From NCBI GenBank assembly GCA_040755455.1, contig JBFMAY010000003.1, positions 1-64,000 on the forward strand: a stretch of DNA of 64,000 nucleotides, written 5' to 3'. The translations under genes were made by a program, and so were the position numbers. A model generated the notes under the pieces. It worked only from the letters and a program-made list of their open reading frames with translations, made no database searches and was not told the origin of the DNA. Shown here in pieces: positions 39,298 through 50,489 of the stretch; position 1 is the first letter of the stretch, and each line of letters opens with the position of its first letter. The DNA comes from Thermodesulfobacteriota bacterium (GTDB lineage: Bacteria > Desulfobacterota > Desulfobulbia > Desulfobulbales > SURF-16).

Positions 39298-39546
39298 ATG
39301 GCCAAAAAAAATTTTGAAACAGCCCTGGAACGACTCGAACAAATTGCCAGAGAACTTGAAGAGGGGGACCTCTCCCTGGAAAACTCGCTTAAAAAATTTG
39401 ACGAGGGCATGAAACTTGTCCAATTCTGTAACCAGAAGCTTGATGAATCACAACAACAAATCGATATCCTGTTGAACAAAAATGGCGCGCTGACCCCGGT
39501 GCCATTTCAGTCGGAAGAAGACGAAGCCCCGGAAGAGAACAGCTAA
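39298..39546 (+). CDS. xseB: Exodeoxyribonuclease VII small subunit
   Basis: FETALERLEQI..LEEGDLSLENSLKKFDEG. xseB-ispA-dxs context. Confidence 0.95.
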   Translation: MAKKNFETALERLEQIARELEEGDLSLENSLKKFDEGMKLVQFCNQKLDESQQQIDILLNKNGALTPVPFQSEEDEAPEENS

Positions 39547-40437
39547 GTGGACCTGAAAGCTTATTTAGAAAAAAAACGGATACAGGTGGAAGAGGGCCTT
39601 ACGTCCTGCATGCTGCAACCCGAAGGATTGCTCGCCCATCACCTCAATGCCATGCGCTATTCCCTGTTTGCGGGCGGCAAGCGCATCCGGCCGGTTCTCT
39701 GCCTGGCGGTAAGCGAGGCGTTGCACGTTGACCCCACGCCCTATCTGCGACTGGCCTGCAGCCTGGAATGCATTCACACCTATTCCCTGATTCATGATGA
39801 TCTGCCGGCCATGGATAACGATGATCTGCGCCGGGGAAAGCCGACCAATCACAAGGTGTTCGGCGAGGCGGAGGCCATTCTGGCCGGCGACAGTCTGCTC
39901 ACCTACGCCTTTGAACTGCTGTCCGCACCCATCCCTGCCGGCAGCCTGACAAGTGCGGACCAGCTCCGCATCATCGCCATCATCGCCCGGGCCATCGGAC
40001 CACTGGGCATGGTTGGCGGGCAGTCCCTTGATATGAAATCCGAAGGACAGAAAATCAGTTTCAAGACCTTACAGTATCTGCACAGCTGCAAGACCGGGGC
40101 ATTGATTACCGCGGCCGTCCAGACCGGGGCCGTTATCGGCCAGGCGACGGAGGAACAGTTTGCCGCACTCACCATCTATGGAAAACAGATCGGGCTGGCT
40201 TTCCAGATTGTCGATGATCTCCTCAATGTTGAGGGGACCGCGGAACAGCTCGGCAAGGCGGTCGGTTCTGATGCAAAACTTGACAAGGCCACCTATCCTT
40301 CCTTCTTCGGCATGGAAAAAACCCGGGAGATGGCCAGGGCCGCGGTTGAAGGTGCGATTGATTCGCTGATAAATTTCGACGCCCAGGCAGACCCCCTCCG
40401 CGAATTGGCCCGCTACATCTATTACAGAAAGAGATAA
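39547..40437 (+). CDS. ispA: Farnesyl/geranyl diphosphate synthase
   Basis: [41 protein letters not shown]. Confidence 0.93.
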   Translation: MDLKAYLEKKRIQVEEGLTSCMLQPEGLLAHHLNAMRYSLFAGGKRIRPVLCLAVSEALHVDPTPYLRLACSLECIHTYSLIHDDLPAMDNDDLRRGKPTNHKVFGEAEAILAGDSLLTYAFELLSAPIPAGSLTSADQLRIIAIIARAIGPLGMVGGQSLDMKSEGQKISFKTLQYLHSCKTGALITAAVQTGAVIGQATEEQFAALTIYGKQIGLAFQIVDDLLNVEGTAEQLGKAVGSDAKLDKATYPSFFGMEKTREMARAAVEGAIDSLINFDAQADPLRELARYIYYRKR

Positions 40438-40448
40438 CACCTATTTCC

Positions 40449-42335
40449 ATGGAAGAACCCAGAATCCTCCCGACCATCGACTCTCCGACTGATCTCAGAA
40501 AACTTGCTGAAGAAGATCTTGCTCTTCTGGCCAGGGAGATTCGCCAGGAAATTATCCAAACCGTTGCCCGGGTGGGTGGTCATCTTGCCCCATGTCTCGG
40601 CGTCGTGGAATTGACCCTCGCCCTGCACTATGTTTTCAACACCCCGGAAGACAAATTGATTTGGGATGTGGGCCACCAGTCCTATGCCCATAAGCTTATC
40701 ACCGGCCGCCGCGACCGGTTTCATACCCTGCGCCAGTACCAGGGCATCAGCGGTTTCCCGAAGCGGGAGGAAAGTATTTATGACGCCTTTGACACCGGCC
40801 ACAGCAGCACATCCATCTCCGCGGCCCTGGGCATCACCATCGCCAATTACTTGAAAGGCGGCACCCATAAGACCATCGCCGTGATCGGTGATGGTTCCAT
40901 GACCGGCGGCATGGCTTTTGAGGCCTTGAACCAGGCCGGGCACCTGGATAAGGATCTGATTGTCGTGCTCAATGACAACGAGATGTCCATTTCACCAAAC
41001 GTCGGCGCCCTGTCGAGCTTTCTGAGCCGCAAACTGACCGGGCGGGCCATGGTGCGGGCCAAGCAGGATCTGAGCCAGTTTCTCAAGCATTTCGCCAATG
41101 TCGGGGAAAACATCCTGCAGGTTCTGAAAAAAAGCGAGGAAAGTCTGAAAGGATTCTTCACCCCGGGAATGCTTTTTGAGGCCCTCAAATTTGAATACAT
41201 CGGCCCCATTCCCGGCCACAAACTTGAAAACCTGCTGCAGACCTTTAAAAATGTGCGGGATTTCACCTCTGGCCCGGTGCTCATCCATGTCATCACCACC
41301 AAGGGCAAAGGCTATGCCCCGGCGGAAAAGAATCCGGGCGCCTATCATGGCCTGGGACCCTTTGCCATCGAAACCGGCCTCCCCCTCCCCGGCCCCGCAA
41401 CGGCCCCTTCCTATACCAAAGTTTTCGGCGACACCATGGTGGAGATTGCCAGGCAAGACCCGCGAATTGCCGCCATTACGGCCGCCATGCCGGCAGGAAC
41501 CGGACTGATGAAATTTTCCGAACAGTTCCCGGACCGCTTCTTTGATGTGGGCATCGCGGAACAGCATGCGGTGACCTTTGCCGCGGGGCTGGCAACGGAG
41601 GGAATTCTGCCAGTGGTGGCCATTTATTCCACCTTCATGCAGCGGGCCCTTGATCAGGTCATCCACGACGTATGCCTTCCCAATCTTCCCGTCACATTTG
41701 CCATCGACCGGGGTGGTCTGGTGGGGGATGACGGACCAACCCATCACGGGGTTTTTGACATCTCCTTTCTGCGCTTCATCCCCAATATGGTGCTCATGGC
41801 CCCCAAAGACGAGGAGGAACTGCGCCATATGCTCTTTACTGCCATCTTCATGCCATGCCCCACTGCAGTGCGTTACAGCCGAGGCAGTGGAGAAGGCGTC
41901 GAGCTGACCCCTGATCTGCAGAAATTGCCGTTCGGCAAGGGAGAACTCCTGCGGGAAGGCCGTGATGTTCTGCTGCTTCCGGTCGGCAACCGGGTTTATT
42001 CCGCCCTGGAAGCGGCAGAGGGTCTGCTGAAGATTGGCATCAGCGCGGCGGTCATCAACCCCAGATTCATCAATCCCCTGGACGGGGACCTGATCACCGA
42101 GTGGGCAGTCAAAACCGGCAAGGTGGTCACCGTGGAGGACCATGTGAAAAAAGGCGGATTCGGCAGTGCGGTTCTTGAGCTGCTGGCCAGAAGGGGAATT
42201 ACCGGCATACCGGTCCGCATTCTCGGTATTGCCGACCGGTTCGTTGAACATGGCAGTCAGGAGATTCTGCGCCATAACAACAAAATCGATGCTCCGTCCA
42301 TCATTAACAATGCCTTAGAACTTGTCGGCAAGTGA
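40449..42335 (+). CDS. dxs: 1-deoxy-D-xylulose-5-phosphate synthase
   Basis: [42 protein letters not shown]. Confidence 0.97.
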   Translation: MEEPRILPTIDSPTDLRKLAEEDLALLAREIRQEIIQTVARVGGHLAPCLGVVELTLALHYVFNTPEDKLIWDVGHQSYAHKLITGRRDRFHTLRQYQGISGFPKREESIYDAFDTGHSSTSISAALGITIANYLKGGTHKTIAVIGDGSMTGGMAFEALNQAGHLDKDLIVVLNDNEMSISPNVGALSSFLSRKLTGRAMVRAKQDLSQFLKHFANVGENILQVLKKSEESLKGFFTPGMLFEALKFEYIGPIPGHKLENLLQTFKNVRDFTSGPVLIHVITTKGKGYAPAEKNPGAYHGLGPFAIETGLPLPGPATAPSYTKVFGDTMVEIARQDPRIAAITAAMPAGTGLMKFSEQFPDRFFDVGIAEQHAVTFAAGLATEGILPVVAIYSTFMQRALDQVIHDVCLPNLPVTFAIDRGGLVGDDGPTHHGVFDISFLRFIPNMVLMAPKDEEELRHMLFTAIFMPCPTAVRYSRGSGEGVELTPDLQKLPFGKGELLREGRDVLLLPVGNRVYSALEAAEGLLKIGISAAVINPRFINPLDGDLITEWAVKTGKVVTVEDHVKKGGFGSAVLELLARRGITGIPVRILGIADRFVEHGSQEILRHNNKIDAPSIINNALELVGK

Positions 42336-43801
42336 TTAAAGATCCGGCCGGCAAAAAATCCGCTCCCCCGCTTGTCTGGGCTTTCACCACCTATTTTGCC
42401 GAAGGCCTGCCCTACATCCTGATCAGAACATTGTCCACCTTTTTCTTCCGGGCCAGCGGCGTGAGCCTGGAGGCCACCGGCCTGACCGCTCTTTACGGGC
42501 TGCCCTGGATATTGAAATTTTTATGGGCGCCTTTTCTTGATTCATTCGGCACCAAACGCCGGTGGCTGCTCATCACCCAGGGATTTCTCGTCTGTTTTTT
42601 TATCCTTATTGCCTTGTTGACCAATTATTCCTGGGCACTGCCGGTCATTGCCCTGCTTTTTTTTATTGCCAGTTTTATTGCCGCAAGCCACGATACCGCC
42701 ATTGACGGCTACTACCTGGAGGCTTTGACGGTGGCAGAACAGGCCCGCTATGTGGGTTACCGGGTCATGGCCTATCGCATCGCCATGATGTTCGGCACCG
42801 GGGTGATTGTCACCATTGGCTCCCGCATAGGCTGGTTCTGGGCCTTTGGCTTATCCGCCCTTGTCCTGGCCCTGCTCTATCTTTTTCATCTGGCCCTTCT
42901 TCCCCGATGCGAGCGAGCGAATGAATCAATCAGGCGGCTGATGACGCAGATTTTCACCCTGCGTTTTATGCTGATGACGGTCATCGCGATCATTTTTCTT
43001 GCGGCGTTCACCGTCTGGTACCGAAACAGCTCACAACCATCGACTTTTCCCTTCTCTGACTTGGTGGGCATACTGCTCTTGGGGTCGCTGCTCCTGCTTG
43101 TTCCCATGCGCAACAGACTCCTGGCCAGTATTAAGAATCGTCCTGATTCCATTTTTGCCCGATCCTTTATTTCGTTTATTGATCGTGACAAAATTACCGT
43201 AATCATCCTGTTTATCATCTGCGTCCGGGTCGGTGAATTCATGCTTTCCTCCATGGTCGGGCCATTTTTTATTGATGCCGGACTGAAGGAACATTATGGA
43301 TGGATCACCGGTGCGGTGGGGCTGCCATGCTCAATAATCGGGGCCATGGCGGGGGGATGGCTTATCGCCGGCAAAAGTCTGCGGAAAATGATCTGGCCCT
43401 TTCTGCTGGCCCAGAATTTGACAAACCTGACCTATATGCTGCTGGCATTCCATCTGTTGCCTTATGGCACACAAGCCGCAGGCGGCATACCGGCAGATAC
43501 ACCGGCAAACATACTTCTCGCCTGTGCAGTGGCCGCTTTTGACTCTCTGTCCGGAGGTCTGGGCACCGCGGTGCTCATGACTTTTCTGATGGATTTATGC
43601 CGAGGGAATTTCAAAGCGGCGCATTATGCCATCGGCACCGGGTTGATGAGCGTTGCCGGGGTGTACGCCGGTTCTTTCAGCGGATTTCTGGTGGAGTGGT
43701 TCGGATATGCTTACTTCTTCGGCATCAGCTTCGTTTTTTCACTTCCAGCCATGGGTTTTATATATTTTCTGCCATGGCTGGACGTGAAAGATCATTCTTA
43801 G
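42332..43801 (+). CDS. AmpG-like MFS transporter
   Basis: [31 protein letters not shown], many TM helices. GTGA overlap with dxs. Confidence 0.85.
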   Translation: MIKDPAGKKSAPPLVWAFTTYFAEGLPYILIRTLSTFFFRASGVSLEATGLTALYGLPWILKFLWAPFLDSFGTKRRWLLITQGFLVCFFILIALLTNYSWALPVIALLFFIASFIAASHDTAIDGYYLEALTVAEQARYVGYRVMAYRIAMMFGTGVIVTIGSRIGWFWAFGLSALVLALLYLFHLALLPRCERANESIRRLMTQIFTLRFMLMTVIAIIFLAAFTVWYRNSSQPSTFPFSDLVGILLLGSLLLLVPMRNRLLASIKNRPDSIFARSFISFIDRDKITVIILFIICVRVGEFMLSSMVGPFFIDAGLKEHYGWITGAVGLPCSIIGAMAGGWLIAGKSLRKMIWPFLLAQNLTNLTYMLLAFHLLPYGTQAAGGIPADTPANILLACAVAAFDSLSGGLGTAVLMTFLMDLCRGNFKAAHYAIGTGLMSVAGVYAGSFSGFLVEWFGYAYFFGISFVFSLPAMGFIYFLPWLDVKDHS

Positions 43802-43816
43802 CCGTGTAGAGCGGCA

Positions 43817-44380
43817 TTACTTTTTACTGCGGGCATCAAGCAGCTTGAGGATGTCACTGGTGATGTCAATCTCGTCGGTTGCATAGAGAAGTCCGGTGCG
43901 GGACTGCAAACCTTTTTTGGTGTTTTCAAAGATCAGGGTGTAATTTTCTTTTTTACCGTAATCGGCGATGATATCGTGGAGATCCTTCAAGATCGGTTCC
44001 ATGATTTTCTTTTCCAGTTGTTTGAGTTCAAACTGGGCATCATCGGTCTTGAGCTTGAACTCTCTCATCTTCATCTGATAATCACGTTCCTTGCCCTCCA
44101 GGATCTCTTTACTCCATACAGAACGTTTTTTTTCAAGTTCAGCACCCTGAGCTTCAAGATCCTGCTGCTCTTTGCTGAACTTATCCTGATATTCCTGCAC
44201 CTTGCCCTGGAGCTGCTGCTGAGCGCTCTGGCCGGCCTTGGACTGGGTAAGCACATCCTGCAGACTGATAGTGGCAACTTTGAATCCTGCAGCTGCAGCC
44301 GAGAGTGCCTGGGCAGGGAAAACGAGAAGACAGAAAAGACTCATGACCAAAGCCCATCTGACTAATTGTGTAAATTTCAT
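43817..44380 (-). CDS. Skp/OmpH periplasmic chaperone
   Basis: Signal peptide, KVATISLQDVL..SKAG, coiled coil, DITSDIL C-terminus. Confidence 0.88.
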   Translation of the reverse strand: MKFTQLVRWALVMSLFCLLVFPAQALSAAAAGFKVATISLQDVLTQSKAGQSAQQQLQGKVQEYQDKFSKEQQDLEAQGAELEKKRSVWSKEILEGKERDYQMKMREFKLKTDDAQFELKQLEKKIMEPILKDLHDIIADYGKKENYTLIFENTKKGLQSRTGLLYATDEIDITSDILKLLDARSKK

Positions 44381-44431
44381 AATATCTCCTTGTCAGTAAC
44401 GATTCGCCTGCTGTTCAGGCACGTATAATAC

Positions 44432-44466
44432 AAAAGCCGGTAAAGACTGAAAGTCTTCCCGGCTTC
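44432..44466 (-). terminator. Intrinsic terminator after pal
   Basis: Minus strand GAAGCCGGGAAGAC-tttca-GTCTTTACCGGCTTTT. Confidence 0.65.
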
Positions 44467-44490
44467 GTATGATTACCTAATTAAATGTGA

Positions 44491-45051
44491 TTACCGGATT
44501 ACAAAATCATCCCTTCTGTTCTGTGCCCAGGATAATTCATCATGTCCGTAAAGGAGAGGTTTTTCCTCGCCATAGCTCACGGTATTCAATCTGTCTTCCG
44601 CGATGCCAAGATTCATCAGGTATTTTTTGGCAGTCTGTGCTCTTCTTTCGCCCAGAGCCATATTGTATTCATTGGTGCCACGCTCGTCACAATTACCCTC
44701 AATGGCGATCATGACTTTAGCGTGGGCGCTCAGAAAATCTCCATTACCTTCCAATCTTGCTTTTTGGTCATCACGAATATTTGACTTGTCAAAGTCAAAA
44801 TAAACAGGAAGCATAGGTCCGTGGGTTCTTCCCTCGGAAATTTTTGCATTGGCCGCTGAATAAGGGTCTGAATCTAAAGATTCCTGAGCCCCCATCCTGT
44901 CACCGATATCCGCTTTTTTAACTGCCGGTACCTCTGCGGTGGGTTTTACTTCCTCGGTGGGAACGGTTTTCTTGGCGCAACCACCAGCCATGAATGAAAC
45001 TGAAACCATTAAAGAAGCCACAGCACACATCCGAAATAAATTACTTTTCAT
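44491..45051 (-). CDS. pal: Peptidoglycan-associated lipoprotein Pal
   Basis: Lipobox AGGC, VYFDFDKS, IEGNCDERGTNEYNMALGERRA, SYGEEKP, QNRR. Start placed at ATG 45051. Confidence 0.95.
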   Translation of the reverse strand: MKSNLFRMCAVASLMVSVSFMAGGCAKKTVPTEEVKPTAEVPAVKKADIGDRMGAQESLDSDPYSAANAKISEGRTHGPMLPVYFDFDKSNIRDDQKARLEGNGDFLSAHAKVMIAIEGNCDERGTNEYNMALGERRAQTAKKYLMNLGIAEDRLNTVSYGEEKPLLYGHDELSWAQNRRDDFVIR

Positions 45052-45383
45052 TCTTTGTCTCCTTTCTCGACAAAATATAACTCCCATCTCACAAAAAACC
45101 TTTAACACCTGGTAAGCTTTAACAAGCTCCCTTCTCTCAAAACAAAACTAAAGAATACTCACCGAAAATTCAACATGTTTTTTTATTTTATTTTTAAAAT
45201 CATTAATGATTTTAGCAGATGTCCCTCCTCTCGCCAAAAGTTGTTCTGTATTTTTTTCAGCCCCATTGCTCTCTCATGATCAATTTTGTTGCAAAATTTA
45301 TCATTTGAGTCAAAAATACAATCTAATGTAAACGCTAAATACGTTTTTTACAAATCACTATTATACCCTTATTATAAAAAAAA

Positions 45384-47549
45384 ATGAACAAATATATAGC
45401 AACAAACCGATGGGGCACTTTTTTCGGGGTTACCCAGCAAACCCTTGATTCAGTCTGGGACAATCTGACAAATCCCGCCGGAGATTCGGTCATCTACATC
45501 TCCATGGAAATCGGGGCGGACCGGGATGTCTATCACCCGGTAAAAAAAAGGCTGCAGCAGCCGGATATTGACAAAAACTCCACCAATCTGCTGCGCCATT
45601 TCTCCAGATTATTTTTGAACGGACCGGAAAAAATACCGAATTACGGCGGCGGTCTCGGCATTTTGGCCGGCGATACCCTGAAAAGTTTTGCCGATCTGAA
45701 AATACCTGCCATCGCCGTCTCCCTGCTTTACCGCAAGGGCTATTTTTCCCAGCTTGTCGACTCCCGTCTCGGCCAGATTTCCACGGCAACCGACTGGTCC
45801 CCTGAAAACACCCCTTCCCTCTATTTAATGAAAAACCCAGATTTCCCTGACCTGCCATTGGAAATTGAAGTTCCTTTTTATGACGGACATGACAAAGAGG
45901 TCCTGGCCAGGGCCAGATTGTGGCTGAAAATGGAGGTAAGCGCAAACCTTGATTTTTTTATTCCGGAAATACTCCTTGATTACAGCATTCCCTCTTCACC
46001 TGAATGGATCAGGCAGGTTGCCCAGAGTCTTTATGACAGCATATCAGATCAGGCCAAGGCTGTGCAACGTCGTCTGCTTGGCGCTTCCATTGTAACCATC
46101 AAAAAAACCCTCGGCTTGACCGCCAGAACCATCCATCTGAACGAGCAGCACGGGGTGGTCGTTGTTTTGAATCTTATTGCGGAATGGCTTGCCGAAAAAA
46201 TAGGGGCGAACTATCCTGTCAAGGCAACGGACCGGGATATCTTGCAGGCGGCGGAAGCTGTGGCAAAAAATATCGTTTTCACCATCCACACGCCTGTCAA
46301 GGCTGGCCACGATCGTTTCGACAAGAATATCATCAGCCAGATCGGCCATGCTTTCTGCGGCAGGATTCTCCACCTGCTGGCCCAGGATGATGAAAACCCC
46401 AATCAGTTCAATTTCACCAAGCTGGCCATGCGGGTCAACCGGTCCACCAACAGCGTGAGCAGGCTGCACAAGGCCGTCACCCAGAAGCAGTTTCCGCAGT
46501 TTGCCGGAAAAATAACCGCCATTACCAACGGAGTGCACCATCTGACCTGGATAAGTGATGCCAAGGCCGCACTTTACGACAGCTTTTCAGAACTGAAAAA
46601 CTGGCGTGAAGATCCTGCAGTCTTTGTCAATACCGGGCTGCTCTCCAGCTCTGAAGATTTCCGCGAAAGCTTTGAACTGGCATGGCAGCAGGATACCAAA
46701 AAACTGATCAGCTATATCAACAATATGCTTTCCCTGCATCGTAAGCAGATGCATGAAACATGGATTGACCCTCCGAACTATCTTTCCAACCTGGACGACG
46801 GCGAGCATGTCCTCACCCCTGACGTCTTTACCATCGGTTTTGCCAGGAGATTCTCCACCTACAAGCGCGCTGATCTGATTTTTGATGATATGGACAGGCT
46901 GGCGGATATCATTGTCAGCAATAATTATCCGGTGAATTTTATCTATGCCGGCAAGGCGCATCCCTCGGACGAGCCGGGGAAGTCCATCATCAAGCTGGTG
47001 CTTGATCTGCAGGATGATCTGTATATCAAAACCAAGGGCCTGGGCAAACTGATTTTTATCCCCGGCTATGACATGAATATCGCTAAAATGATGGTTTCCG
47101 GAGTGCATGCCTGGCTGAACAGCCCGAAAAGGCCTCTTGAGGCCAGCGGCACGAGCGGCATGAAGGCCGCCATGAACGGTATCCCGAATATCAGCACCAT
47201 GGACGGCTGGTGGGTTGAGGGATATCATGACGGCAAAACCGGCTGGAAATTCGGTTACGAGGCGGAAATCGAAAATGCCTGCCTGAGCGAAGCGCCATCC
47301 ACCCTGCTGTACGAGCAGGACTCGGCATCATTTTACGAAATTTTCCCCAAAATACTGGCAACGTTTTACGAGAGGAACCTGCACTCCCAGTATATTGATA
47401 AATGCATCCATAATCTGCAGCTCAACTGCCCGATATTCAACACCCATCGCATGGCGGCGGAATATGTTGAGCGCTACAATCTGCAGCTGCCTGACCAGCT
47501 CAGCAGACGCTTGCAGAAGCTGAGAAAAATTTACCAGAGTGACATGTAA
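45384..47549 (+). CDS. glgP: Alpha-glucan (glycogen) phosphorylase
   Basis: YISMEIG, YGGGLGILAGD, HLNE, FTIHTPV.AGHD, ITNGVH, GFARRFSTYKRA, PLP-Lys motif EASGTSGMKAAMNG. Confidence 0.9.
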   Translation: MNKYIATNRWGTFFGVTQQTLDSVWDNLTNPAGDSVIYISMEIGADRDVYHPVKKRLQQPDIDKNSTNLLRHFSRLFLNGPEKIPNYGGGLGILAGDTLKSFADLKIPAIAVSLLYRKGYFSQLVDSRLGQISTATDWSPENTPSLYLMKNPDFPDLPLEIEVPFYDGHDKEVLARARLWLKMEVSANLDFFIPEILLDYSIPSSPEWIRQVAQSLYDSISDQAKAVQRRLLGASIVTIKKTLGLTARTIHLNEQHGVVVVLNLIAEWLAEKIGANYPVKATDRDILQAAEAVAKNIVFTIHTPVKAGHDRFDKNIISQIGHAFCGRILHLLAQDDENPNQFNFTKLAMRVNRSTNSVSRLHKAVTQKQFPQFAGKITAITNGVHHLTWISDAKAALYDSFSELKNWREDPAVFVNTGLLSSSEDFRESFELAWQQDTKKLISYINNMLSLHRKQMHETWIDPPNYLSNLDDGEHVLTPDVFTIGFARRFSTYKRADLIFDDMDRLADIIVSNNYPVNFIYAGKAHPSDEPGKSIIKLVLDLQDDLYIKTKGLGKLIFIPGYDMNIAKMMVSGVHAWLNSPKRPLEASGTSGMKAAMNGIPNISTMDGWWVEGYHDGKTGWKFGYEAEIENACLSEAPSTLLYEQDSASFYEIFPKILATFYERNLHSQYIDKCIHNLQLNCPIFNTHRMAAEYVERYNLQLPDQLSRRLQKLRKIYQSDM

Positions 47550-47555
47550 AAAAAG

Positions 47556-47582
47556 TCAAGTTTCCACCGGAAATTCCGATCT
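47556..47582 (+). promoter_or_regulatory. Putative sigma28 (FliA) promoter
   Basis: TCAAGTTT-N11-TCCGATCT versus the extended consensus TAAAGTTT-N11-GCCGATAA. Confidence 0.55.
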
Positions 47583-47639
47583 GTTTTTATAAGTGAAAAT
47601 TTATAAAAAAATGCAATCGCGAAAAACCGGAGGAAAGAC

Positions 47640-48539
47640 ATGACAAGTCCAATTCAGCAGAGCAATGCCACGACCTATCTCCCATCCCGGCTTTCCTCAC
47701 CCGCGCCGCAGAAGGGCTACGAAAATTACAGCGAAGCCATGACCCAGCGCAATGAAGCCGACATCTCGTTCACCACGGCTGAAGGTGATGTGGTAACCAT
47801 CTCCAATTATCATGAGCAGGCATATTCCCTTGCCGCGGAAAAGTGGAGCACTCCCTTGCAGCAGGGCATGAATTTCACCGCCTCCGTATTGAATGCGGAT
47901 GCCGTCAGCCTGTCCGTTACCGGGGATCTTAACGAGGAAGAACTGGCGGATATCCAAAATCTGCTGGTTGAGCTGACCTCCATTGCCGGAAGCTTTTTCA
48001 GCGGCAATCTGGACAAAGCCATGGATGACGCCATGAATATCGGGGATATGGGTTCCATTGCCCGGCTTTCCGCCTCCTTCAGCTATAATGCCAACTGGTC
48101 CGCCTCATCACAGATAACGGATTACCATCCTGTTCCGGCCTCAGAAGAGCTTGGTGATTCCCTCGCCGATATTTTCGCCCAACTGCCGGAGATCATTGAT
48201 CAGGCGCATACCGATGAGATGAAATACGCCGAGATGCTGCAGGCCCAATGGAAGCAGATCAAGGAATTCCTCGAGGCGAACAAGGCTGATCCTGTTCCCG
48301 CCCTTGATCCTCTCCCCGTCCAGGAGGAGGCGAACACTCCAGCGGCCCGTCAGATGATGAACAAAGTGCGAGAAACGGTTGCCAGACATCCCAGGCTTGC
48401 GCCGTTTAGTGTGCCGCTGGCCCATGAGGCCATTGACAACAAGTCCGAGAGCATGCTGCATCCGGCCCTTTTCAGTCAGAAAAATATGCTGAAAGACAAT
48501 TTTCTGCAGGAATTCACTGACTGGATGTACGCTGTTTAA
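47640..48539 (+). CDS. Hypothetical protein (299 aa)
   Basis: RBS GGAGG, long ORF filling the gap. Contains TTAEGDVVTI and VTGDLNEEELADI motifs. Confidence 0.75.
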   Translation: MTSPIQQSNATTYLPSRLSSPAPQKGYENYSEAMTQRNEADISFTTAEGDVVTISNYHEQAYSLAAEKWSTPLQQGMNFTASVLNADAVSLSVTGDLNEEELADIQNLLVELTSIAGSFFSGNLDKAMDDAMNIGDMGSIARLSASFSYNANWSASSQITDYHPVPASEELGDSLADIFAQLPEIIDQAHTDEMKYAEMLQAQWKQIKEFLEANKADPVPALDPLPVQEEANTPAARQMMNKVRETVARHPRLAPFSVPLAHEAIDNKSESMLHPALFSQKNMLKDNFLQEFTDWMYAV

Positions 48540-48719
48540 GCCATCAGCCTCGCCGTTCCTGCACCATCCAAGATGCCAAGCCCGGCAGCTTCTTTGGGTC
48601 GCCTTGCCGTCCCGGTGCTGCCGGGTCTTCCCTCTTCCGCCTGTGGAAAACGGAACAAATCCCCTCTTGCGCAACTGATAGTTTTGACTTTTTTCTTGCG
48701 ATTTTTTATAGTTTACACC

Positions 48720-49547
48720 ATGTGGAACTCAAAAGACGTTTATTATATTTCAGACAGCACCGGCATCCTGGTGACCAATCTTGGTCAGGCCCTTACCTGT
48801 CAGTTTCCGGAAATCAACTTTGTTGAGGAGAGTTATCCTTTTGTACGCACGATCAGCCAGGCGAAGGAAATTGCCAGAACGATCCAGAAGCGTTCGGCGG
48901 GTAGAAGGCCCCTGGTCTTTATCTCCATCATGGATCCGGAAATCCGCAGGATCTTCGATAACCCCGAAGTGGATTTTTTTGATATTTTCGGCTCCCTGCT
49001 GGATGATCTTGAGCGGTCGCTGGAAACCAAAGCCTTGCGGGTGCCGGGATTCTCCCACCACATGGATGGCATGGAAATGGGGAGACGGGTTGAGGCCATT
49101 CATTACTGCCTGGAACACGATGACGGCACCAAAAGTTATGAGTACAATGAGGCGGATATCATCATTCTCGGTGTCTCCAGGGCCGGCAAAACACCGGTCA
49201 GCGTTTATCTGGCCACCCAGATGGGCTATAAGGCGGCCAATTTTCCCCTGACCAGTGAATATCTGAATCAATATAAGCTCCCGCCCGCATTGAAGGCGGT
49301 AATCAAACGTCTGGTGGGGCTCACCACCTCGCCGGAATTGCTCAGCAGCGTCAGGGAAAAACGCTACCCGGCCAGTAAATATGCCAAAATTTCCACCTGC
49401 AGGGAGGAAATTGAACAGGCTGAAGAGATCTATCGCCGCAATGGCATTCCCAGCGTCTCATCATCAGGAAAATCCATCGAAGAAATAGCCACCCAGATTT
49501 GTCAGGTTGTCGACCTGCCCAAAAAGAAAGTAATGCTGCACCCCTAA
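48720..49547 (+). CDS. ppsR: PEP synthase regulatory kinase/pyrophosphorylase (PpsR/YdiA, DUF299)
   Basis: YYISDSTG, RVEAI..HDDG, LGVSRAGKTP.SVYLA, SIEEIA. Start placed at ATG 48720. Confidence 0.92.
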   Translation: MWNSKDVYYISDSTGILVTNLGQALTCQFPEINFVEESYPFVRTISQAKEIARTIQKRSAGRRPLVFISIMDPEIRRIFDNPEVDFFDIFGSLLDDLERSLETKALRVPGFSHHMDGMEMGRRVEAIHYCLEHDDGTKSYEYNEADIIILGVSRAGKTPVSVYLATQMGYKAANFPLTSEYLNQYKLPPALKAVIKRLVGLTTSPELLSSVREKRYPASKYAKISTCREEIEQAEEIYRRNGIPSVSSSGKSIEEIATQICQVVDLPKKKVMLHP

Positions 49548-50374
49548 CAGACGACTTCGTTGCATTCTCCGGAGCCAAGGACCCCGTCCGCCAGGTGGAT
49601 ATGGCCGATTTTTCTCCAGTCGCGGTCAAGCAAGGCGCATCCCCAGGCGTCTATTGCCACCGGATCAAATCCTGCGGCGAGCTTGTTTTTCGCAGGCGAG
49701 CAGACCGGCCCCCAGAGGTGGGCCTCGGGCATGCCCACCGTGGCATCAAGGATGGTAAAATCAGGGCTCCGGTAGCGGTTCAGATCAAAAATGGCCGCAT
49801 GGATGCCACGGTGGAAAGAGGCCTTTTTCCAGTGCCCGCCCTGCTGATAATGCCCCGGCGGAGCGGTTCCCATCATGTTTTTCATGGTAAGGGTCACACC
49901 GGCCAGGCTGTGCGCCTTCAGCACCGGCACAGACAGGAGAAAGCAGTCAAAAAGGACGCCCGGCAAAAAGATCTGCGGAAACCGGGGGAAATCTTTATTC
50001 TCCTTGGCTAGGCATGTTTCTTCGTTTAAATCGAGCAGGTCGACTTTCTTTTCGACTGCCAGTTGCGCATAGCCGAGTTGTTGAAAAACATGCCATGTGT
50101 CGTATTTGGCTGAGCCGCAGCCCTCACCGATCAAGATCGCGCAATGGGGAGCTGCTCGCCGCAGCCAATCGATCAGCGAGCCGATTAGAGCGACAGGGGT
50201 GGTGATCGGCGGCGGCAGGGCCTCAACCAGGTTGGGTTTGAGCAATATCCTCTGCCGGCCTTTGAGTTCATCCGCCAGTCCGCTTTTGTCCAGCAAAGTC
50301 TTGAGGCTTTTGTCCCAGCTTGTATAATCAATGGAAAAAACAGTGCCTTTTTTGGGCTTTTCTGATATTTGCAT
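49544..50374 (-). CDS. DUF362 domain protein
   Basis: LLKPNLV, VPVLKAH..GVTLTMKNMMG, DPVAIDA. Confidence 0.85.
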   Translation of the reverse strand: MQISEKPKKGTVFSIDYTSWDKSLKTLLDKSGLADELKGRQRILLKPNLVEALPPPITTPVALIGSLIDWLRRAAPHCAILIGEGCGSAKYDTWHVFQQLGYAQLAVEKKVDLLDLNEETCLAKENKDFPRFPQIFLPGVLFDCFLLSVPVLKAHSLAGVTLTMKNMMGTAPPGHYQQGGHWKKASFHRGIHAAIFDLNRYRSPDFTILDATVGMPEAHLWGPVCSPAKNKLAAGFDPVAIDAWGCALLDRDWRKIGHIHLADGVLGSGECNEVVC

Positions 50375-50489
50375 GTCAACAATTCAAGGTGTAGATAATC
50401 CGCCGCCGGAACAAAGGTTTTTCTTTCTCGGCGGTCGGTTGCCGTTCCTCAGCAGTTGCGCGTTTTTTCTTCATATCCTGTGATTTTCT

